NCBI GenBank assembly: GCA_965644315.1
Contig: CBFFRQ010000038.1
Coordinates: forward strand, 1 to 64,000
Reading direction: 5' to 3'
Length of the DNA stretch: 64,000 bases
From: Caecitellus pseudoparvulus
Taxonomy: Eukaryota > Protista > Bigyra: Bicosoecida
In this document: positions 44,488 through 54,218 of the stretch, in pieces
Layout of the letters: each line of letters opens with the position of its first letter
Position numbering within the stretch: the first letter of the stretch is position 1
Made by a program: the position numbers and the translations under genes
The notes under the pieces: generated by a model
Databases searched by the model: none
The model's input: only the letters and a program-made list of their open reading frames with translations
What the model was told of the DNA's origin: nothing

Positions 44488-47400
44488 ATGTTGAGGTTCA
44501 TGTGGTGGATCATTGCAGGCACAGCCGCATTGGCCGGCGCAACGTGCACGTGTGAGTCTGGCCACTCTTTGCAACTGGCCAAGCACAGCCGCAGCTGCTC
44601 CCTGATGAGAAGCTGGTCACTCGAAGCATGCTGTGCACTTTTGGTCCCCCCTTTTGCTGCTGCAGGTGGCGCTGGCACGTACGTCTCTGGTTGCGGCAGC
44701 CCTCCTGGTCCCCAAAAGCGGCTCCTCCCTGGGCAAAGCGAGTACTCCAGTTCTAGCGAAAGTGCTTACTCGTACACATCCCAAGTGGAATACCTTATGC
44801 CACTGCAAGGCCTTGCTTCGCCAGCTGATGCGGTCCGGAAAGTGCTGTCAAGGCAGGGTCCGAGTCTGAGTGGCCTGCCAGCTCAAAGGCCCATGCCACG
44901 CAGCGAGGGAACTGCAATACCATCAGCCCAGGCTGAAGCCGCTGCAAGTTTCGCAGATTGGGTGACACGGACCTCGCCTGATGAAGGCGACTCCGGTGCT
45001 TATGAGCGGAGTTCTCAGATGGCAAGCCACGCAGACCGTTTCAGCCGGAGGCTATACACCTGCGAACAATGCCAGAAAGGGAGGTACAAGACGGGGTCAA
45101 CCAGCGCCACTGTTTGCACATTCTGCGCTGCTGGCAAGTATGGCACACTCACTGGTGCAACATCTGCCTCAGCCTGCTACGTCTGTCCAACTGGGAGAGC
45201 GGCGGGGTTCCCAGGTCAAAGCGCGTGCGTGGATTGCGGGGTGGGCAGGTATGCTGCAACCACGGGCCACTCTATCTGTACGTTATGCGCGGCGGGAAGA
45301 TATGTGGGTTCGACTGGTGCGTCGAACTGCTTGGGATGTCCACTTGGAAAGTTTGCCATTCCAGGCGCCTCGTCGTGCACCGACTGTGCTCAAGGGAGGT
45401 ACCAAGACTCCACACCTGGCTCCACTTGCAAGGAATGCGCAGCTGGGAAGAAGAACCCTTCCTCTGGATCCACAAGCAGCACTGCATGCACCAACTGCCT
45501 GCCCGGGTACTCGTCTGGAAGTGGACAAGGCTTGTGTCTCATTTGTGCCGCGGGTCGGTACGCGGGCAGTGGTGCGTCCTCCTGCACAGCCTGCCCGACC
45601 GGCCGGTACCGCACGGGCACAGGCGGTACATCGGCGGGCTCGTGTACTGTCTGCGCGGCGGGGAAGGCCAGCGGGTCCACGGGGGCCACAGCTGAGAGCA
45701 CGTGTGACACATGTACAGCTGGCACATTCGCCGGTGCTGGGTCGGCGTCATGCTCGAGCTGTGCGGCGGGTCGGTACGCGGGCAGTGGTGCGTCCTCCTG
45801 CACAGCCTGCCCGACCGGCCGGTACCGCACGGGCACAGGCGGTACATCGGCGGGCTCGTGTACTGTCTGCGCGGCGGGGAAGGCCAGCGGGTCCACGGGG
45901 GCCACAGCTGAGAGCACGTGCGACACATGTACAGCTGGCACATTCGCCGGGGCTGGGTCGGCGTCATGCTCGAGCTGTGCGGCGGGTCGGTACGCGGGCA
46001 GTGGTGCATCCTCCTGCACGGCCTGCCCGACCGGCCGGTACCGCACGGGCACAGGCGGTACATCGGCGGGCTCGTGTACTGTCTGCGCGGCGGGGAAGGC
46101 CAGCGGGTCCACGGGGGCCACAGCTGAGAGCACGTGTGACACATGTACAGCTGGCACATTCGCCGGTGCTGGGTCAGCGTCATGCTCGAGCTGTGCGGCG
46201 GGTCGGTACGCGGGCAGTGGTGCATCCTCCTGCGCGGCCTGCGCGACCGGCCGGTACCGCACAGGCACAGGCGGCACATCGGCGGGCTCGTGTACTGCCT
46301 GCGCGGCGGGGAAGGCCAGCGGGTCCACGGGGGCCACCAGCGCGACGGTGTGCAGTACATGTGCAGCTGGGACATTCGCCGGTGCTGGGTCGAGCAGCTG
46401 TGCGAGCTGTGCGGCGGGGCGGTATGCAGGCACTGGTGCGTCGGCCTGCACCGACTGTGCGCTGGGCAGGTCGTCCAGTGCTGGTGCTGGCTCCTGTGGG
46501 TCCTGTGCCGCGGGTCGGTATGCGGGGTCTGTCGGGATGTCGTCGTGTGCCCAGTGCGGCAGTGGGACGTATGCGGGATCGTCGGGGTCAAGCAGCTGTA
46601 CGAGCTGTGCGGCGGGTTGGTATGCGCAGTCCACAGGCTCCACAACATGCACACAGTGTCCCGCCGGCAAAGCCGGAGCTGGCACAGGTGGGGACTCTGC
46701 CAGCTACTGCGGCACGTGTGGCGTGGGGAAGTACGCTGCAGGCCTGGGCAACACGGCGTGCACACAGTGCCCTGCAGGCCAGACAACGCCAGGCACTGGA
46801 TCGACATCATCTGCAGACTGTGTGCCGGCGGCATCGGCGAGTCCAACTGTGACAATGACTCCGACGCCGACAGGGTCGACCTCGGCGACCGCATCGGGAA
46901 CGGCAAGCAGTACTGCGTCACCCAGTGGCTCAGGCACGCCCAGTGCATCGCCATCGGCCAGTGGCTCCAGCACGCCCAGTGCATCACCATCGGCCAGTGG
47001 CTCGGGCACGTCAGGCGTGTCACCGTCGGCCAGTGGCTCCGGCACGACTAGTGCATCGCCATCGGCCAGTGGCTCCAGCACGCCCAGTGCATCACCATCG
47101 GCCAGTGGGTCGGGCACGTCAGGCGTGTCGCCGTCGGCCAGTGGCTCCGGCACGCCCAGTGCATCGCCATCGGCCAGTGGGTCAGGCACGTCAGGCGTGT
47201 CACCATCGGCCAGTGGCTCAGGCACACCCAGTGCATCACCATCGGCCAGTGGGTCAGGCACGTCAGGCGTGTCGCCATCGGCCAGTGGGTCAGGCACGCC
47301 CAGCGCATCGCCATCCGCCAGTGGGTCAGGCACGTCAGGCGTGTCGCCGTCGGCCAGTGGCTCCAGCACGCCCAGTGCATCACCATCGGCCAGTGGGTCA

Positions 47401-50148
47401 GGCACGTCAGGCGTGTCGCCGTCGGCCAGTGGCTCCGGCACGCCCAGTGCATCACCGTCGGCCAGTGGCTCCGGTACGCCCAGCGCATCGCCATCCGCCA
47501 GTGGGTCGGGCATGTCAGGCGCGTCCCCGTCGGCCAGTGGCTCCAGCACGCCCAGTGCATCACCATCGGCCAGTGGCTCAAGCACGCCCAGTGCATCGGC
47601 ATCCGCCAGTGGCTCGGGCACGTCAGGCGTGTCACCGTCGGGCAGTGGCTCCGGCACGACTAGTGCATCGCCATCGGCCAGTGGCTCCGGTACGTCCAGT
47701 GCATCACCGTCAGCCAGTGGGTCAGGCACCCCCAGTGCGTCATCAACTACGAGTTGCTCGGCAACTTCTAGTGTAATGCCCACCATAAGCGAGGCAGTTG
47801 CTCCAACTGGCTCAAGCAGCCCACGTGTGCTTCCATCACATCTGTCTTGGGCTGTGTCCTCAGACGTTCGGAATCATCACACGGCCAACTCTTCTGACAC
47901 TCTGTACCTCCCTGTTCTCGTCCGAGACGGAGTTTCATGCGTCAGAAACTGCCACAGTTTCGACGCGGTGGTTTTGCCGTGCCCACGCCGTGGATCATGC
48001 GCGATCGGCGAGGCTTTGGAAGATGTCCAGGGTTGCAATGTTGGTCATTCTGGTGTTGCGTGCGGGTCCTGCGCGCTTGGGTGGAGTGCGCCTTCGGCTT
48101 GTGACGCGTGCAAGGAGTGTCCGAGCAGTGTTCTTCCCCACTTTGTTGCAAGCGCGGTCCCTGCCGCTCTGCAGCTGGTCGCGGCCCTGGCGAGTGCTTG
48201 TTTCGCTGTACACGGGTATGTGAAAGCTCCAGAGAGGGTCGCTACGAACCTGTTCAGCGGCGGGCTGAGACTTGGTCTGTGGTACATTGGCATGGCGGCT
48301 CAAATTGGGCACCTTCATGGACAATCTGGAGCATCTTTGCAAGCTTCTTCCCAGTCACTTGGGCAGTGGGTGAGCACATGTGGCATGGCACGTCCATGGG
48401 CGTCTGGCGTTGAAGTGGGAGCGAACGCTTCCTTGTATGAAAACGTCCAATCCAACGAGGGATCTTCAAGCATTCTAGACATATTAAGTGCGGCGTCGGG
48501 TGGCACTGTAGCTGCATTTGAAGCCGACATCGGGTGCGCTTTCGGTGGCGGCGACCCGAGCAGCCCAACGTCGCCAGGAGCCTTGTTTCTCCTCGGCTCT
48601 AGCTTGTGCCTGCTTGCGATGGGTGCGATGACAGTCTGTGTCCAATCTCGATGCGCGTCCAGTGCTTGGCCAGGGCTTTTGTTGCTTCCGCCTGTGCTGT
48701 ATGTCAACGCTGCACCAGGGTTCCTCCGTGGCCTGTCAAAAGTATGCGGGCTTCAGCCTCAGTGGGGTGGGCTTGACACCCCTGACGGCGCACCAGGATT
48801 TGCGGATGGGATAGTTCCTTTTGCAAGTGCTTTGATTTTGCACGTGGTTGTCCTTACAGCCGGAACAGTAGCCTATCTTTCGTGGAAGCAGTGGTGTGGG
48901 CATGCTCGAGCCGGACGGCCAGGCGCGACACTCCGTGGCCTTCTTGCCAAGGGGTATCGCACACAGTTCACAGTCCAGCAAGCCAGAGAGCTTGCAACTT
49001 CAGTTCTTAAGAAGCCAGCCCTTGTTCGAGCGGCTGTTGCTGAGGCTGAGACAGCCCAGGCTTCTTGCTGTGGAGCTGCGTGGTTGTTGCCGACCCAGGC
49101 TTTCGTTGGCGTTCAAATGGCCGTTGTTGTCATTGCAACTGGAGCATCTTGGTTCACCGTGGACGTTATCACTCGACTTGTGAGCGTTGGTGCTGGCCTC
49201 AGCTTCAGCATGGCGTTGGTCTTTGTGCGGCGACCTTGGGTGTTGGGTGAGATCACTGACTTGGACGTGCTTGCTCACGCTGGACTTCTCATTCATGTGG
49301 TGTGTGCCGGCCTCAATGCGCTCACCCCTGCTACTGCATCATGGACGGCAATCATCACCAGCGCAACACATGTACTGGTGTTGGTGGGGATCTTTTTGGC
49401 TGTTCTGCGCGGGTACAGCCAGGCGGCCCGAGCTGCATTGGCCAAGGTGGGGCGCCGGATCCGGAGCTGGTTTCCGGAGCTAGGTCCAGCTGAACAACCA
49501 ACGCTCACTGCAGGAGAGTTGGGGGACGTGGCCAACAGCAATGTCCCGGGACTTCACCAGATCGTTTGGGCTTTGCTGATGCGCGGGTTGCGGTGTGGCG
49601 TGAAGCCTGCCCGGACCCAACACACGGTCGACCTTGGTGGCGTCATGAGCATGCTTGGGGAGCAGGACCAGGTGGGCGCTGAGGCAACAAAGCAAATCCT
49701 CGGTACAGCAGGGCACAGCTTAGTTCGCGTGCCAGCCTCATCGGCAGGTTTGGCAAGCTTGTCTGCGCCCCAAGCTCAAGCCGTTAGCAACGCGCTTAGG
49801 CCTTCATCGGCAGCCAGTGTCACACGAAACCCGATGTTCGTCAAGAAGGCGAAGCAAAGAAAACAGCTGCCTCGTCCCCTGGCATCCTGCAGCCCCGTGC
49901 CTGGTAGAGAGAGCTTGGGCCTGATTCATCGGGATTCGCTTTCATCTCTCGCCGAATTAACGGCTGCGTCATCAACTCGGCAGGTAGTCCTCCCAAAGCG
50001 GGGTTCGCTGCAGCACTTGCAGCTCCAACTCGACACGAGCAGCGAGATAGCAGGAGGATTCCGGCCCAGGAGAGTGAGTGGTGCTCAGGGCACTGAGGGG
50101 CGTCGAAGCTCATCCGTGAGACGGTTGTCAACAAGACCACGGAAGTGA
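44488..50148 (+). CDS. Cys-rich repeat surface protein A2; in-frame intron 44552-44665
   Basis: Signal peptide MLRFMWWIIAGTAALAGATCT, then a phase-1 GTGAGT...TGCAG intron at the same Cys codon as in A1 and B2. The C-terminal domain is highly similar to A1; the N-terminus differs. Confidence 0.85.
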   Translation: MLRFMWWIIAGTAALAGATCTCESGHSLQLAKHSRSCSLMRSWSLEACCALLVPPFAAAGGAGTYVSGCGSPPGPQKRLLPGQSEYSSSSESAYSYTSQVEYLMPLQGLASPADAVRKVLSRQGPSLSGLPAQRPMPRSEGTAIPSAQAEAAASFADWVTRTSPDEGDSGAYERSSQMASHADRFSRRLYTCEQCQKGRYKTGSTSATVCTFCAAGKYGTLTGATSASACYVCPTGRAAGFPGQSACVDCGVGRYAATTGHSICTLCAAGRYVGSTGASNCLGCPLGKFAIPGASSCTDCAQGRYQDSTPGSTCKECAAGKKNPSSGSTSSTACTNCLPGYSSGSGQGLCLICAAGRYAGSGASSCTACPTGRYRTGTGGTSAGSCTVCAAGKASGSTGATAESTCDTCTAGTFAGAGSASCSSCAAGRYAGSGASSCTACPTGRYRTGTGGTSAGSCTVCAAGKASGSTGATAESTCDTCTAGTFAGAGSASCSSCAAGRYAGSGASSCTACPTGRYRTGTGGTSAGSCTVCAAGKASGSTGATAESTCDTCTAGTFAGAGSASCSSCAAGRYAGSGASSCAACATGRYRTGTGGTSAGSCTACAAGKASGSTGATSATVCSTCAAGTFAGAGSSSCASCAAGRYAGTGASACTDCALGRSSSAGAGSCGSCAAGRYAGSVGMSSCAQCGSGTYAGSSGSSSCTSCAAGWYAQSTGSTTCTQCPAGKAGAGTGGDSASYCGTCGVGKYAAGLGNTACTQCPAGQTTPGTGSTSSADCVPAASASPTVTMTPTPTGSTSATASGTASSTASPSGSGTPSASPSASGSSTPSASPSASGSGTSGVSPSASGSGTTSASPSASGSSTPSASPSASGSGTSGVSPSASGSGTPSASPSASGSGTSGVSPSASGSGTPSASPSASGSGTSGVSPSASGSGTPSASPSASGSGTSGVSPSASGSSTPSASPSASGSGTSGVSPSASGSGTPSASPSASGSGTPSASPSASGSGMSGASPSASGSSTPSASPSASGSSTPSASASASGSGTSGVSPSGSGSGTTSASPSASGSGTSSASPSASGSGTPSASSTTSCSATSSVMPTISEAVAPTGSSSPRVLPSHLSWAVSSDVRNHHTANSSDTLYLPVLVRDGVSCVRNCHSFDAVVLPCPRRGSCAIGEALEDVQGCNVGHSGVACGSCALGWSAPSACDACKECPSSVLPHFVASAVPAALQLVAALASACFAVHGYVKAPERVATNLFSGGLRLGLWYIGMAAQIGHLHGQSGASLQASSQSLGQWVSTCGMARPWASGVEVGANASLYENVQSNEGSSSILDILSAASGGTVAAFEADIGCAFGGGDPSSPTSPGALFLLGSSLCLLAMGAMTVCVQSRCASSAWPGLLLLPPVLYVNAAPGFLRGLSKVCGLQPQWGGLDTPDGAPGFADGIVPFASALILHVVVLTAGTVAYLSWKQWCGHARAGRPGATLRGLLAKGYRTQFTVQQARELATSVLKKPALVRAAVAEAETAQASCCGAAWLLPTQAFVGVQMAVVVIATGASWFTVDVITRLVSVGAGLSFSMALVFVRRPWVLGEITDLDVLAHAGLLIHVVCAGLNALTPATASWTAIITSATHVLVLVGIFLAVLRGYSQAARAALAKVGRRIRSWFPELGPAEQPTLTAGELGDVANSNVPGLHQIVWALLMRGLRCGVKPARTQHTVDLGGVMSMLGEQDQVGAEATKQILGTAGHSLVRVPASSAGLASLSAPQAQAVSNALRPSSAASVTRNPMFVKKAKQRKQLPRPLASCSPVPGRESLGLIHRDSLSSLAELTAASSTRQVVLPKRGSLQHLQLQLDTSSEIAGGFRPRRVSGAQGTEGRRSSSVRRLSTRPRK
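45544..46644 (+). repeat. Coding arrays in A2: 4 x 216 bp, then 1 x 198 bp
   Basis: Counted from the translation. Confidence 0.88.
46924..47745 (+). repeat. 36-bp coding minisatellite, ~23 units
   Basis: Same 12-aa stalk unit, about twice the A1 copy number. Confidence 0.88.
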
Positions 50149-50232
50149 AAGCAGCTTGCAGGTCGAGCGGCAGACAAACGGCACAAAGTTTGACGTGCTT
50201 TCCTCCAGTACTGCATGTCCACCACTTGCTTC

Positions 50233-53200
50233 TCAGTCTTTCTTTGCTTTGCGGAGGGCAAAGAAAGCTCGTGCTGCTCGCAGGCGTTCAGCCACGTGAA
50301 GTGGGGCCGCACTGACCGGCCATGCGTGGAGGGTGCCGCCGCCTGAATCTTCTTTGCCACTGTCCAGGCTTCCTCCGGAGGTGTTGGCCGAGTACGCTGA
50401 GGTGGGCCCAGGCTGCGACCCTGCTTCGGCCTCCGCCCAGACGGTGCTACCATCAGCGGACAGTCGAAGCGTTGAATCATCTGAGAAGGTGAGCTTCACG
50501 CCGCCTGAATCCCGTCTTCGCCGCCGAGCTCGAACGACAGAAAGGTTTCGCGCAGGGTGGGGCTGAGCAGGTGCACCTTGGCGGGGCTCCCGGAGCACCA
50601 CAGGCAGGCGCTGCAGCGAGGCCAACAGGGCTGCATCGGTGGGTTTCGCTTGCCCCTCTTCCAGTCTCTGTGCGATGGCGTCTCGAGTGGACAGCACACG
50701 CTCCCACAGACGAAGCGCTGTTGTCAGCTTGCTCTGAGCAAGCTGCACAAGGCGCAGGGCGTTTTGTTGTTCGCGCACCGAGTCAAAAGGTTTCCAGTGC
50801 CCATCAACAGAGAGAGCCGCGATGCCTGTCGAGTTGCTCGGGTGGGAGTGATCCTTTGGGTTCAAGGACAGGATCATGCCATCGCCCATGTCGCCTCCCT
50901 GCACTGTGATGCGCTGCGTGGACAGGGCGTATCGCAGTTTGACCCCGCCGCTCAGCCGCATTGCTACGTCAGCTGTCGGCGTGTTGCACATGAGGGCCAC
51001 GCGTGAGTCGTCACTGAGGACCACCAGCATGGGGGTGCGCGACTTGACGACTTGCACCACCTTTAACATGTATCGGTACAGCCGCCTGGACCACCGTGGG
51101 AGCCTGGCAAGGCGGTATGTTTGGGCCCCAGGAGGCAGGCAGTTCTCCACTGGCTGAGGATCAGCCTTGGCCTGGAGGCCGAGTGAGACTTCTCCTGCAG
51201 ATGACGCGGACATGTGCACGGCAGCCACACTTTGCAGGAGAGTTCGGAGCTGGGCGTGGGTGCTGCGGGCCTGCGCCAGGCGCGCCAGGGTTGGCGGGTC
51301 ATTTGGCGCAGCCGTTGCTGCCACTGTCAGTTTCTGGATGTGCCGTGCTTGGCGGGCCAGCATGCCGCCGAACCATCTGGGCGGGTTGTGAAAGACGGCA
51401 TGCACTTTGTCTGCTGCAGGGAAGAGGGCAATGGTGGCCTTGGAGCCCTTGTATGTGAAGGGGCGGCGCAGCGGCGCCAGCTGGACACGAGGTAGGGCGT
51501 TTTCCGCGGTGCTTGCAGGGGCCACGGCCTGCGGGGCCTTGGAAATCTCTGGACCACCTGCACCGGCGCCTCGGCTGGGCTGAGACCGCCCTGCAAACGA
51601 GTCCTGCGTCAGGGGCACGCTGGAAGCGCCTTCCAACAGCGTCGTGAAGCCTGATGCGCCCCCGGTAGAGCTGCCTCCATGTGCAAGCCAGGCTTGTAGC
51701 CCGCTGTGGGGCGAGCCGCTGTCCTGGGTGATGCTGCCCTCTGCGACGGTCGGCGGCGGGTCGTACGCAGTTCGCACGAGGCGACCGGCAAGGGAAGTGC
51801 CTCGTCGGTGCCTGAGAGCTTCAAATGCATGCTTCGCTGCTGCACGCCGCTCCTGCTCCTGCACCCGGGTGTGGTGATGCGTCCATGATGTCAGCACCTT
51901 GGAAGGGTGTGGAGCTTCGGTTTCCAGCTGCTGCCCTGCCCCTGAGGGGGGCGGGGTGGAGGACAGGGCGATGCCAGACAACCACGAGTGGTGGGACTGC
52001 ACTGGCAGACGGCGAGGGGGCACGGCGGGGGAGGGGGGGGGGCGTCTTGCCGGCATGGGCGTGGGTGTGGGTGTGGGGGGATGCGGAGTGCCCGAATCAA
52101 CTCGACCTTGGCCCGTGACTCCCACATCCTTGCGTGGCTGCCCAATCCCATCAAGGGGCGTCTGAGCGTGTGCTGCGGGCCCTGTGTGACTGTGCTGGCT
52201 AGGCCCTTCCGCCGGCGCGGGTGGGGCGTCTGCGGTGCTGCGGGGTGGGAAGGCAGATTCTGACGTGCCGCCCAGCGAGGAGTGCGCCCCGTAGAAGGAC
52301 GGCTCCAGCGTGTGGGGGATGTGCACGTCCTCCACATCGGGCGGCCGCTCCGTGCCCCCCTCCCGCCCGTCCCGGTGCGAAGGCAGAGTGGGGGGTGAAC
52401 TGCGCGCCACGGTACCTGCGCTGGAGCCCGCCCCACCCCACAGCATAGGTGGCACAGCCGCAGCAGCTTCCTGTGATGCCGGTGGCTGTGCAGAGGGTGG
52501 CGTGGGGGGCTTTGTGGCCACCGGCCCACCCTGCGCCTCAGCCTGTGATCCCGGAGTCGGGACTGGCGAGGGGGCTTGAAGCAGTGGCAGGCCACTGGCG
52601 CCTTCAGACAGTGAGTGGGGCTCCGGCTTGGCCCTTCGTCTGGGCGGCCTGCGGCGTTTCCCGGGGTTGTCGGACCTGGGCCCATGTCTCGGCCCACGCG
52701 ACCGCGCCGCCCGGGCTGCCCGCAGTGCCGGCGGGGTCTCCCCCGCACCACCAGCTGCCCGTGCCCTGCTGGAGGCGGTGGATCTGCTGGACAGACCAGA
52801 CACCCCCTCGCCTCCCTTCCTGCCTGCCCGGCGCCGGTCAGGCTCCTTGCCACGGCGAGGCGCAGGCAGGAACTCCTGGTGCCAGGCTGGGTGGGTCAGC
52901 ACCTCGCTTGCCGAGGGCCGGGCCGCGGGGTCCGCCTGCAGCATGGCCGCCAGGAGACTGGCCAGGGCGGAGGGCAGGCGCGCGAGGTTGGCGGCGAAGT
53001 CCTTGGTGGGCCCACCCCTGGCCGTCTGGGCTGCGGCGTGGCTGTGGGCCCTGGATGCCGCCCCCCCCCCTCCCCGGACGGGGGACGACCCGAACAGCAG
53101 CGCGTACAGGAGGCACCCCAGGCCCCAGATGTCAGCGGAGAGGGTGTGGGGCTTGGAGGAGGACACCTCTGGCGCCGCGTACGTGGGCGTGCCGCAGACG

Positions 53201-54194
53201 GTGTGGCGCTCCTCCAGCGGCGTGGCCAGCTGCACCGCCAGGCCGAAGTCGGCGAGGCAGGCGTGCCACTTGCCGGCAGGCGAGCCGGGCGGGGCGGGGT
53301 GCAGGAGGATGTTGGACATCTTTAGGTCCCGGTGGATGATGGCCTGGCCGTGCAGGTAGGCCAGGGCCTGTGCCACCTGCCACATGACGCCGCGGATCAT
53401 GGTGGCGGGCAGGCAGGGCACGTGGCTGTGGGGGGAGGCAGCTGCCGCGTGGGCCTTGCGGAAGAGGGCGTACAGGTCGCCCCCCGAGCAGTAGTTCATG
53501 ACGATGTACATGGCGTGCTCGTCCTCAAAGAACTCCTGTGTGGACGAGAGGGCGCCCAGCGTGGACATGGTTGCAGCGAGGCGAGCTGGCGCAAGGCGCT
53601 CACCAGCACTCGCACGATGTTGTCGTGGTGCAGGCGGCTGTGCAGCTCGATTTCGTTAATGGCGCGCTCCTTCATCGCGGCCTTGACCATGCTCTCCTTC
53701 AGGATGACTTTCACTGCGACGGTGCCGGGTCTGCGGAAATTGGAAGAGCACGAGCAAGGTGTGGGCGGGCAGCCAGGACGCCCACAAGCAGTGCATGCGA
53801 TGCAGAAAGGACAGATCGCGGAGTTCAATGCACAGAGGCCACTCTCAGACATCCGTCTAGCTTCAAGAGCAAAAGGCCGGCCCGCCAAGCCGCAGCGACG
53901 GAGCTGGTTTGAAGTCGGGCGCCACACAAGCTGCACGCACTCGCTGCGACGGTGTGCTCTGTACACCTCTCCAAACCCGCCCCGTCCAATGAATTCCGCA
54001 TCCACAAAGCCATGGCTCTGCGAAGCGGACCAGAGAAGTCCCTGTGCGGTCAGCCACGCGCGACCAGCAGCAGGTTTGCCTACCTTGAGCAGGCCTGGCG
54101 CCGCTGCCCGCAGCTTTGCCTGTGCCTTGGTGAAGGCGGTGTTGCGCTTGGAGCCCTTGCGGCGGCGGGTGCCCCCCTTGGATGTCTCTGCCAT
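50233..54194 (-). CDS. PLK4: Polo-like kinase 4, copy 2. Introns 53731-53940 and 53536-53603.
   Basis: Colinear with copy 1; splice sites conserved and ORF intact. Confidence 0.88.
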
Positions 54195-54218
54195 GGCGCA
54201 GGGACCAGGGGCCTCGCG

